Assembly (NCBI RefSeq): GCF_001194135.2
Contig: NC_068984.1
Location: forward strand, 144,664,850-144,728,849
DNA: 64,000 bases
Source: Octopus bimaculoides
Taxonomy: Eukaryota
Reading direction: 5' to 3'
A program made the position numbers and the translations under genes. The notes beneath the pieces were generated by a model, which was not told the DNA's origin, did not search any database, and worked only from the letters and a program-made list of their open reading frames with translations. Below, in pieces: positions 13,081 to 24,760 of the stretch. The first letter of the stretch is position 1, and every line of letters begins with the position of its first letter.

Positions 13081-15083
13081 TACACCTATATATACATACA
13101 TTCATACACACAGACATTTCTTAATCCCAGATGTTTTCAAAAGTACAGATGACATGACACAAGGACAAGAGGGAATGTCAGCACCAATGCTACTTCACTC
13201 AAGTAGGGACAAGTGTGCGATATAAAACTGTATACACACACACACACACACACATACAACAGACTCCCTGCAGTTTCTGGACACCAAATTCCATCTCATG
13301 ATCTGTGGCTATAGTAGAAGGCACTCCCCTAAGGTGTCTTGTAGTGAGACTGAAACACAAAACCATATGATTGCAAAGAGAATTTTTGAAGCAAACGACC
13401 ATGTCCGCACCTACTATGTTTGTGTATGTGTGTATGTATATATATAAGTGCATGTATGCATGTATCTTTTCTTCTTTTACACTGTGGCCATGCTGGGGCA
13501 CTGTTTTGAAGAAAGATTTAGTCAAATAAATTGACCCCAGTAATTGTTTTCTTCTTTAAGCTTTGTATTTATTCTATCAGTCTCTTTTGTCGAGTTGTTA
13601 AGTTATGGGGATGTAAACACACCAACACCGGTTGTCAAGCAGTGGTGGAGGACAAACACAGACACACACATATTATATATATATATAAACATGATGGTCT
13701 TCTTTCAGCTTCTGCGTACCAAATCCACTCACAAAGCATAAGTCAGCCTGGAGCTACAGTAAAAGACACTTGCCCAAGGTGTCACACACTGGGGCTGAAC
13801 CTGGAACCATGTGGTTTGAAAGCAAGCTTCTTACACAATCATATATATATATATGGTCATTAAAATCCAGGAGAGGTGAGAAGCAAAGTAAGATTTAATT
13901 CTATATGGTTACAGCTGTTTCATAATTCATTTTTGGTTATATCATTGACTCTTATGCATACATACAATAATATAACACAAGAGAGGACTAACCATCTGGC
14001 TATTCTTTGGACATCTCAGATTCCTCTCTTATGAGTAAAAGACTATGGTCAGAGGGTTTTCTCCGCATCAGACACAAAAATACTCAATATACACCACAGA
14101 GATTTTCATAGAACATAGCATATTTTTATGTGTCTCCAGTTACTTCCTTGCCATGGTTTCATGCCAAGAATTAAACTGAATTGATTTTTCCAATGGAATT
14201 TCTTTGTAATTGGAGAAGCCACAACTGCAAAAGTCTGCTGAAGACTGATGCAACCAAATTCTTGGAGAATAGCATGAAGGTGTTGTAGGGAAATACCAGC
14301 TAACACCTTGTCTTAACACCTCACCTTTAGCTCAACATATGTCCTTATCACTTTGTTTTTACTTTCACTCTCAAAGTCATGGGGGATTTTCAAATTAGAA
14401 GAGGACTTCATTGACACTGATGCCTAGAAAAAATGCACTTAGCACACCTTGTAAATAGGTTAGTATAAGAAGGAATATTTAGTTGCAGAAACCAAACTGG
14501 AACCTCTGAGTGAGATGTGTTTTTTCAATTGGTCAGTGAGGGTCAGAACTCTGAATGAGAATTGATTTGACTAGGACTGTCCATTCAGCCATGCCAGCAT
14601 AGCTGAATGGACATAAAACGGATAATGACATATACATAGTCATCACAATCCACACACACAGATATATATTGCTAAGTTAAGGGACATAAACAAATACTAT
14701 ATACACTAACGCACACACACACATATATATACACACAGAGAAACAAATAAGGAGTGGATTATGTCTGAATGGTTAAGAAGTTTGATCCCTTTGTGGCTCA
14801 TCTTGAATAAAAGGTTTCTACAGTCATGGGTCACTCCTTACCTTGTAAGTGAAATGGGGTAAATGGAAACTGTATGGAAGCCTGTCGAGTGGATTGTACT
14901 TATGATCCCAAAGTACTGTCTCAAACTGATTCTGCCAGAGAATTTCATTAAGGGTACACGTGTCTGTGGAATACTCAGCCACTTACACATTAATTCAAGA
15001 GCAGATAATTCAGTTGATCGCAAACAACTTTAATCTCGTCCTTATAGTGAAATCGCCCTCAGTATGTTTTAGATGCATGTGTG

Positions 15084-15131
<48 letters not shown>

Positions 15132-15574
15132 TTAATATATATACATGGATGTATTGGTGTGGAAGATTAAACTTAATAAATACAAAAAAACAAAAACAAG
15201 AGGAAGAGGTGGAGGAGGAAGAAGTATGATGGGAATTATGTTTCATTTTATTGTGAAAATGAAACAGAGATTTCATTGTGAAACTAAACAATGTTTCATT
15301 GTCAGACTAAAAACAGAAAGAAAGTTTAATAACTTTAACTTCCATAACAAACGCAGATAAAAATCCTTTCTACTAAAGGCACAAGGCCTAAAATTTTGCG
15401 GGAGGGGACTAGGTGATTATATTAACCCCAGTATTTCACTGGTACTTAATTTACTGACTCCGAAAGGATGAAAGGCAAAGTCGACTTTGGCAGAATTTGA
15501 ACTCAGAACGTAGATGGGCAAAATACTGCTGAGCATTTTACCCGGTGTGGTAATGATTCTACCAGCTTGCTGTC

Positions 15575-15610
<36 letters not shown>

Positions 15611-15857
15611 GCAGCAACAGAAAATTGCCATTTCTAAGACAAGTGCAAGGCTACACATTCTGGAGAGAGAGGAGAATTGAAGGAGGTGTGTGTGTGTGTA
15701 TGAGTTACTTGGTTATAAACATCTCTGTCCTTTAACTGGTACTTTATTTTATTGTCCCTGGAACAATGAAAATTAGAGAACAGGGTGATGATACAAAGAA
15801 GATTGAGACAGTTTTATTGCTCACTATTTAAATGCCTAATATTCTCTACCCTAATAG

Positions 15858-15924
<67 letters not shown>

Positions 15925-16949
15925 CATCCTTTCTACTATAGGCACAAAGCCTGAAATTTTGGAAGGAAGGGGATAGTTCTTGTGCTTGACCAATACTTTA
16001 TTGATTCATGAAAGGAAGAAATGCAAAGTCAACTTTGGCAGAATTTGAACTCAGAATGCAAAAACTAAAGAAATCCTGCTAAGCATTTTGTCCGATGAAG
16101 AAACAAGTCTAGCAGCTTGTCGCTTTAATTTTGGCATAAAGCTAACAAATTTGAGGGGAGGGGCAAATCGATTACATTGGATCTTACTCTTGACTGATAT
16201 TTTTATATCATTAACCTCAAAAGGATGACAGGCAAAGTTGCCATCAACAGAATCTGAACTCAGAACATAAAATAAATGGATGAAATCACGCTAAGCATTT
16301 TGTCTACCATGTTGATGATTCTATCCATCTCTCACCCAAATAATAATATTCCTTTCTCCTAAAGGCACAAGGCCTGAAATTTTGGGGTAGGAGGTAAGTC
16401 GATTACATTGACCCCCATTGTTTAACTGGTACTTATTTTACCAACCCCGAAAGGATGAAAGGCAAAGTTGACCTCGGTGGAATATGAACTCAGAATGTCA
16501 GGACAGATGAAATACCATTAAGCAGTTTGCCTGGCGTGCTAACAACTCTGCCAGCTCACCACCTTAATAATAATAATAATAATAACGGTTTCAAATTTTG
16601 GCAAAAGGTTAGTGCTTTGGGGGAGGGGGTAAGTTAATTACATTGACCCCCAGTTTTCAACTTCTACTTATTTTATTGACCCCGGACCTAAAACCACATT
16701 ATTGTGAAGCAAACTTCTTAACCAAATGACCATGCTTGTGCAGTGTTTGTGTAGCGTCTTTGGTGGAAATACAAAAAGAAAAAAAATGCGTTGGACGTTG
16801 TTTAGGGCCCCATGGCAGAGTTTTGAGTAATTGAAAAGGTAACTTGGAAGGGTTAACAAAGGAACAATTTTTAAAAATCAGTAAATAATTGCAAAAATGA
16901 AAGAAATTAATAAAAAATGATTTTAATAACATTTAAATAAGTCATGCTT

Positions 16950-16985
<36 letters not shown>

Positions 16986-18599
16986 ACATTGAACACACAA
17001 TCAAACCCTCTCTCTTTCCTCTCTCAAGCATACACGTAAATACACCCTGAAAACTTTGCTGTCATCTCTCTTACTCATTTCAGTCACTGGACTGTGGCCA
17101 TGCTGGTGCATTGCTCCAAAAGGTTTTAGTCAAACAAATCAAACATAATATTTTCTTTTAGTCTGATACTTATTTTATCAGTGACTGTTTTGCCAAACTG
17201 CTAAGTTATAGGGATGTAAAGAAACCCAACACGACAGGCTTCCACTCATGATGCATTGGTTGGCCCAGTGCTATAGTAGAAAACATTTGCCAGAGGTGCT
17301 GCACAGTGGGACTGAACTCAAAACTGCATGGTTGTAAAGCACACTCCTTAACCACACATCCACACCTGCTACACACATAAAATTAACATTTCCTATGAAA
17401 ACAGGACAAAATCATTTCGTTTTGAGGAACTGATAAAAAAAAAAATTAATTAGAAAATAAATATCACCATCATCATTGTGATGGTGGTTATTTTTTCTTC
17501 TCAACCTTCTCCTCCTCCTCCTCCTCACCATCATCACCAGTCAAAGAGGTATTTGTTACATTAGTTTATATATGTGTATGTGTGTGTATCAGGAAGTATG
17601 AATGAGTGTAAGTAATTTCAGATGTGTGTGTATGTATATGTATATATGTGTGTGTGCTGTTGCATGTATGTATATGTAAATATGTGCCTGATATATATAT
17701 GTGCGTGTGTGTGTGTTGTGTAGTGTGTGTTGTGTTGTGTGTGTGTGTGTGTTGTGGTGTGTGTGTAGACAATGGTACTTCTGATATACACAAGAGAAAA
17801 TAAAAATATTTGTACGATATATATTTTTACATTTTTTTAAGATAATCATTTATATTAAATATTTTACCAATATTAAATATTATTTTATACATTCAATAAT
17901 TTTTTTAAAAATTTCTGCTTTTCATTACTTTTTTTTTTTTTACAAAAGTCTTTTTTTTTTTAATTAAATTCAGTTTTCTTTTTTTTTTTTGCAAGTGCCC
18001 CATTTGATGTCTTTAATCAAGACATCAATGTTTTGTTTTGGAAGAAAAAAAATTAAATAAAAAAAATAAAATAGAAATTTAATTAACAATAACTTTTAAG
18101 TTTAAAAACTTAAGAAATATCACATTTTAGTTTGTTTTGTAGTCTGTGTTGAAGGAGGTGGAATATAATTTGGTAATGGAGTAGCGACTGACTCAGGGTT
18201 TACAAAAATAAATGACTGAAATTCTTAGATTTTGGGTTAGTTTGTTACCCAAGTTTACGTGGATTGGGGATGGTTTCTACAAAATTCTTCCATCCTAAAT
18301 TACCACTAATAATAATTGTGCTGTTTTATACAAAAGAAAATGCATTATAAGCTAGCAAACTGAAAGGCAAAATTAAGAAACTTATGTCCAATAATGTTGC
18401 CTTTTTATTTGAATAATTTAAAATTGAGATTTAAAAAGAAAAAAAATTATTTGTTGCTCTCTTAGCAATTGTTATTAATTTTTAAAACTTACTGCAAATT
18501 ATAATTTATTTGATATTTGAAAATAACATTAAAGTTTAAAAAAGAAATTAGCTATGAAATTTTTTAAAAACTTTCTTTTGTTGGGTGGGGTGTTCTGAA

Positions 18600-18935
18600 T
18601 CAAGCAATCTGGTTGCAATTGCTGATGCAAGCAATCTGGTTGCAATTGCTGATGCAAGCAATCTGGTACCAATTGCAGATGCAAGCAATCTGCTAGCAAT
18701 TGCTGATGCAAGCAATCTGGTAGCAATTGCAGATGCAAGCAATCTGGTAGCAATTGCTGATGCAAGCAATCTGCTAGCAATTGCTGATGTAAGCAATCTG
18801 CTAGCAATTGCTGATGCAAGCAATCTGCTAGCAATTGCTGATGCAAGCAATCTGCTAGCAATTGATGATGCAAGCAATCTGCTAGCATTTGCTGATGTAA
18901 TCAATCTGCTAGCAATTGCAGATGCAAGCAATCTA
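18600..18935. repeat. 27-bp tandem minisatellite, 12 full units plus a partial unit
   Basis: Unit GCAAGCAATCTG(C/G)TAGCAATTGCTGAT. Translates as (ASNLLAIAD)n on plus and as (ASAIASRLL)n or (LLADCLHQQ)n on minus. Two diverged units follow at 18960-19013. Confidence 0.97.
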
Positions 18936-20251
18936 TCTAGTAGTTGCCTCAAATTTAATTCAAGTAATCTACTTGCGATCCTAGACTCAACCAATCAGCT
19001 GGCAATCTCAGATACACAAGCAAGGACTCTGCTTGTATCTGTAATTATTAAAACTTAATAAAATGCTGGGAACTGCCATTCTTTGAAGAATTCCGTCTCA
19101 TCAGGATCTTTATTTAAAACATCAAAAAACAGAAAGAATTCTCAGCTGAACAAGAAGTCTTCTGAGAGAACTGTGGAAGCCCTAGTAACACTGGTTACCA
19201 ATGCTAAAAGGCTGCAGGCCAGGGATTATATTAAACAGAATAGGGAATTGAAATTCTTCTTTTTCTTGTGATTCTATTAAAAAAATTCTACTTCAAAGTC
19301 TGAAAGTCTGTCAGTGACCAACACCTAAAGGATGTTTCTGATGCAGCCTTAGTCTTTTGGGATATGCTTTGTTCTTTAAGAGACAAAAAGAAAAATATGT
19401 GGGAAAATAAGGAGTGAATTTTAGGGGTCTGTTTCCATTACAGATAGAAGAGGTGGTGTGGGTAACCTACCCATGGAACTACCTTGATCCACAGAGAATT
19501 AAGCTTCACTGGGAAGTTTGATAGTCTAGAATATAATTGCTGAAGCCTGTACAAGAATTTAGAGACTTCTTTATATTAATTGGAGATTATTTTCAAAATA
19601 ACTCAAGGATTGGCTTCATCGGAATTAAAAGGGTCTATTATGATTCAGTTCAACTCTGGAGATTGAAAAAAAAAATAATAAATACAAAAAAAAATTTTAA
19701 ATATCCAAGTCTTTTTTTTTTTTTTGAAGATACAATGATTACTTCAAGAGTTCGTTATGAAATGCCAGTCAAATTCTTATGACAGATCTTCCAAAATTTC
19801 CAGTGTCTGTGATTTTGAATAACAAGATCTGTGCTATTCAACTATATCCGTCTTCTTTTGACACCATTTTATGAAAACGAAAATTAAAGCTTTTTTTGTT
19901 TTGTTGAAATGTTATTGTTTTGTTAAAAAAAAAAATGAAAAATAATTATTTTGCAATGAATAAATATTGTATAAAAGAATATGAAACGTGTTGAGGAAAT
20001 AAATAGAATTTCACAAAATTTGGTTTACACAGGTTTTAGATTTTTTCCATTCCTTTTTCAAGTATATAAAATCTTTACATACGTATGCATGTATATATAT
20101 ATATATATATACACATATATATATATATATGTAACAAAGTACAGATACATACATACTTTGTATGTATGTATACATATAAAGGCACAAAACTTTAAAGTTC
20201 ACTTCATTCATAATAACTCTGAGTATTTGTAATAGTAAACTTTTGTAAAAC

Positions 20252-20722
20252 TTATTGTTCCAAATGCGTAGGAAGCAATGCAGGGTATTTGAAATTCTGA
20301 ACAGGGAAATACATTGGCTGGTTACAGTACATATGTTTGTTATAAGGCTGGTTGAAGCTGCTGGTACAAAACTCCGGTGTACATGGAATGGGTGACATAA
20401 GGCAGTTAGAGCTGGCAAATGTTACAGGTGGATACTGCATTTCGTGGTAGTTCTCTGTTTTAATATAATTAACCTCTTCGTGGGGCATTACCATTTGGGA
20501 AATCTGAAACTCTTCAGGTATAGACACAGTGTGGTTTAGGGGAGGTATATTCTTATTTGGTGGCCCCGAAACACAAGGCACAGTCTTTGGAGTCTGTAAG
20601 TTACTGTTGACAGGTGTGTATTCTGAAGTATTTGACTTTGACGTTGAAGATTGAGCGAGGAACATATCTTGGAGACCTGCAGGAATGTGGCCATTGTCCA
20701 TTTGAGTACACCACTGTCTGAG
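20252..20722 (-). CDS. CREBL2: CREBL2 terminal coding exon (156 aa plus stop)
   Basis: Acceptor gtcattctttatttttag|CTC AGA CAG TGG TGT ACT CAA ATG gives LRQWCTQMDNGHIP, matching vertebrate YKQWCMAMDQGKIP at the equivalent phase-0 junction. The frame is open to the stop at 20252 (track ORF 20252..20701). AT-rich, UTR-like sequence follows. Confidence 0.88.
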   Translation of the reverse strand, partial: LRQWCTQMDNGHIPAGLQDMFLAQSSTSKSNTSEYTPVNSNLQTPKTVPCVSGPPNKNIPPLNHTVSIPEEFQISQMVMPHEEVNYIKTENYHEMQYPPVTFASSNCLMSPIPCTPEFCTSSFNQPYNKHMYCNQPMYFPVQNFKYPALLPTHLEQ

Positions 20723-21203
20723 CTAAAAATAAAGAATGACATTTCACAACACTTTGTAGCAGTGACAAACTTCCATTGCTGGTGAACTCCCTGCAGATAT
20801 ATCAATGTATGTGTGCATGACTAAAATGTCTTTTAAGAACATGTCTGATATCTTTGAGCAGGGAATTTATACATACATCTAATGTGTACAAGTATGTACA
20901 CAAATACTTATGTGTACAGAATAGCTTCATGCACTCACATACATAGACACAGACGTACCTCGAGTTGGAAAGTAAGTCAAATGTTTTTTATTGTCATGGA
21001 TTTGATGAAATGAGATAAAAGTGGCAATATTCCATTGTCAAGTGAATAAATGAAAGAAAGAGAGAAAGAGGGAAGGAGAGAAAGAAGGAGAGAGAAAGTA
21101 AGGAAGAAGGAAAGAAAGTTGTTTATTATCAGAACAATAAATTCTTGTAGGATTGTAATCTGTTTGAAAGATTTTTTGTTTTTTTTAACGGATTTCCTTT
21201 TAG

Positions 21204-21285
21204 CATGCCAAGAATTAAATATAGACAAGAAGAAGAGAAGAAAATGCATCATGAGGCAGAGCTTTATTTCATTCTTGCTGCTAAC
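21204..21285 (+). CDS. Candidate exon of the unidentified plus-strand gene
   Basis: Long T-rich tract with a branch-like ttttaac ends in gatttccttttag|C; donor AAC|gtagct is weak. Two frames are open: MPRIKYRQEEEKKMHHEAELYFILAAN or CQELNIDKKKRRKCIMRQSFISFLLL. Confidence 0.3.
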
Positions 21286-22084
21286 GTAGCTATTTCATTG
21301 ACTAGAGACAGACATATTTAAGAGTACTGGTTTAATAGCCTAAGAGCTGTGCCAAGAATAAAAACATGATAACATAAATATAATAACAAGTTGTGATGTT
21401 ACAGTGACCCAGACAAATTGTTAACTTTCTTTCAGGCCATCAATTTTGTAGTTTTTAAGCTGACAAATTAGTCTGGACCAAACATGGCTGTGCTTGTCAA
21501 TTAGCTGTACACTGTTACTGGAAGCTAGCTGAAGCAATTCTACAAAACTTTGAGACGAAATATGAAAAAATTCCAAAAATAATAAAATATTTTCAAAGTA
21601 TTTTATAAAAAAACTTTTTGATATAATTTTGATATTTAATAGAAAAAAAAAATCAATATTTGTGGATGTTGGAAGTAAATTGCTGTGAAATTGTTGAAAA
21701 TATAACAGCAAAAAAAAAAAAAATCATATAAATTATAAATTCTTGGATGAAATATGGAAAATTTTGCAAAATATTTTTAACATGATGTAAATAAAACAAA
21801 TTAAGTGTTTTCTTAAGTGTGTTTTGTGATAAACTAAGACATTTGTTTGAACAATTGAAATCTCTGCAGAGTTCACATTAACAACAAATATATGATATTA
21901 CAATATTAATTACAGAATGAAAAAATATAATTAATTAGAACAATCATCAAAATATTTATTTATAAAATGTGAACAACTAAAAAAAAATTTACAATTTGTT
22001 AAATACAAAAAACTTTGAATTTATTATTATAATTATAATAATTTTAATTATTAACATTATAATAATGTTTATTGTCATCAACAT

Positions 22085-22129
<45 letters not shown>

Positions 22130-22140
22130 TATTATTACAG

Positions 22141-22185
22141 AGGTAGGTACCATGATGCAGAAGTTCTCGACGAACCCAACCTGTG
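22141..22185 (+). CDS. Candidate 45-nt exon of the unidentified plus-strand gene
   Basis: attacag|A GGT AGG TAC CAT GAT GCA GAA GTT CTC GAC GAA CCC AAC CTG TG|gtgaaa. The phase-2 end joins the 27649 exon to give ...DEPNLW-ICFDYDL. The minus strand also reads like protein here. Confidence 0.22.
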
Positions 22186-23151
22186 GTGAAAGTTGCAAAT
22201 TTCTCCAGTTCGTAGTGTTCCAAGTTATTTAAAATGCCATCAAGAAAGGTCTGAACATCACAACATCTTATCCCCACCTCCTTCATACTTACCTAAAAAT
22301 TTCCGGCTTAGTTCTTACATAAAAACAAATCTGTTACAAATATTTATATTATTAAAAAAAAAAAAAAAAAAGACAGGGGGATTGTCAGAAATGGCAGAGT
22401 GTTGACCAAAATGTTATTTAGATCCCAAGTTTAAATCCAGCCAGAGTTGGTTTTACCTTTCATGCCTTCTGGTGTTGATTTAATCAACTATAGTCCCTCA
22501 CCAAAATGTGTGACCTTGTGCTGAATGTTTGAAATCAATAACAACAGCTGCACGGGATGGCAGGTACAATTTCTCTAATCAAATAGTGTTTATTATGGCA
22601 TTAACCAATTTCACAGGTATTTACTGTTAACTGCAATGGGGTTTGAATTGAGAACAGGAATAGTCATTAACATTGGCATATAACTGAATACTGATGTCTA
22701 ATATTCACACAAGACCACACGATATAAATTATTATATTGATCTCTAGAATTGGTTGGATACTTCATTCTATCAACCCTTGGAAGAAAGATTGTTGAACTC
22801 AGTAAAGTTGAACTCAGAACAAACAGGGGTGTATTTAAATATCAATTTCTAACATAAATACAAAGCCTCAAATTTCTCTGGGAAGTACCAACCCTAGTAG
22901 TTGACTGGTATTTTATTTTATCAATTTTGAAAGGTCGAAAGGTAAAGTTAATTTCTGAGGTATTTGGACTCCCATAGTCAAAGGAGGTAACTCTCTATTA
23001 CACTGCTAAATCTGACAATCCTAATTAACATCAATGGCATTAATGATTAATTACTAAAAAAAGAGCAAACATCATAAAGCAAAGAGATAAAACCATGTAT
23101 GGGATGATCAGGTTTGTGTTTAAGAGGTTGGGCTTAATGCATGGCTTCAGA

Positions 23152-23348
23152 CAGGGGTCCCCAAACATTTTAGACCATCGACCTGCTTCATGGAATCTTT
23201 GACCCCTCATCGACTTCCAGGCATGTACAAGAAAATAAATAAATAATAATAATAATAATTAAGTAGATGTGCATTTATTAACCCCTTGAATAGTCACATC
23301 GACCCCCCTCCCCCCAGGGGTCGATATCGACCACTTTGGAGATCCTTG
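23152..23348. mobile_element. hAT-type MITE with an 8-bp target-site duplication
   Basis: TIR CAGGGGTCCCCAAAC versus CACTTTGGAGATCCTTG; flanks GCTTCAGA (23144-23151) and GCTTAAGA (23349-23356). Confidence 0.75.
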
Positions 23349-24299
23349 GCTTAAGACATTCTCTTTTCCCACGTTCTAATAACCTTGAGAAAGGCATGAA
23401 TATCACACAATCATGTCTCCTCCCCACCACCACCACCACCACCATCATCAGAAGAAGCAAGAAATTCTGAAACTGATACAATAAAGAAGAAATAAGAAAA
23501 TAACTCCAAGAGTGTCTTTTTTTACATCATTTACTTTAATATTTTACCATGTCCCCTCCCACTCCTAATCCACTGTCCATAACCTCTCCTGCTCTGTGAG
23601 GGTTTGCTCTGGCAGCCCACCATTAATATCTACTTTTTTCCCAGCTAATTCCCACCCACCCATATAGAATTTCCAGGCCAATTTTCTACAGCCAAATACT
23701 TGTGCTTGTTCTTTCTATAAAGTCACCTTGTCCCCTTTTCAAATACTCCCCCCACCACTTAGTGGAAGGAGCTCCCCCCCTCTTTTTTTCCCCTCTTCCT
23801 TTTCCTGTTTTGCAAATTACTTGGTCACCACCTCATCAGTGCTGGTGGCAAGAAAAAGGTATTCAGTCCACTCTGTAAAGTGGTTGGCATTAGGAAGGGC
23901 ATCCAGCTGCAGAAATGATGCCAAAACAGACAATTGGAGCACAACACAGCTCTGTTTTTCTTGCTGGATCTTGTCAAAACGTCCAACCATATGGTCATGG
24001 TAAATGGACGTTGGAGGAGGAAGAAGAGGATGGGATTAAATAAATCTTAGTATGTAGGAGAGCATAGTTCACAAATGATGTAGTTTCAGGTTCAATACCA
24101 TGATGTAGCACCTCAAGTGCCATTTTCTATAGCCTCAGGCTGACTCATGGTTTATGAAAGGAACTCAGCACATGGAAACTGTACAGAAGCCCAAAGATAT
24201 GGATATATCTTGTAACAGTATATATCAGCAAAAAATGTAAAGATTGCAGATAAAAACCCCTTGAAAAAACTCCTCAAACCCTTGCTATTGTGTGTGAAC

Positions 24300-24760
24300 C
24301 AGTGGATGGTGCGTTGGAGATCTGTAACCAACTAGAATACTGTTCAAGAAATTTCCATCTTCCATTTTCTCCACCAATATTCCTGGAAGGATGATGAGGA
24401 TAGAGTCCTCAGCGATCTCCTCCATAAGATCCTATTCAAATTCCCAAGAGCAACCAACTGTTCTTGGTTTATCTCTGGATCTCCTGAAGATTGGCCTGGC
24501 TTGAAGAATTTGTCATGTGATCCTTTCCTGCAACATTCTGATCATATGTGTGTAGTACCAGAACTATGACCTCTCAATGAAGAAAAGTGGTAGCTTGGCC
24601 TGGACAGATCCCTTGATCTCTGAGCTACATACCTCGGCTGATTAATGCTACTCCAGAATTCCTTTGTATTTCAGATGCTGGTGTGTGCAATTGAAATTGG
24701 TCACAACCCAACATTAACGACCATAGGTGCGGATAGACATGAAACCAAATTGAAGAAACC
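24300..24760 (-). mobile_element. RTE-like LINE 3' coding relic
   Basis: FIERS*FWYYTHMIRMLQERIT*QILQARPIFRRSRDKPRT. Confidence 0.45.

Noticed and set aside
18600-18935. CRISPR-like array
   Set aside because: Units are directly adjacent with no unique spacers, the genome is eukaryotic, and there are no cas genes.
22044-22286. Minus-strand reading FLDGILNNLEHYELEKFATFTTGWVRRELLHHG as an extra CREBL2 exon
   Set aside because: Weak donors in phase 1, incompatible with the phase-0 CREBL2 junction, which is already collinear with vertebrate CREBL2. Unresolved against the plus-strand reading.
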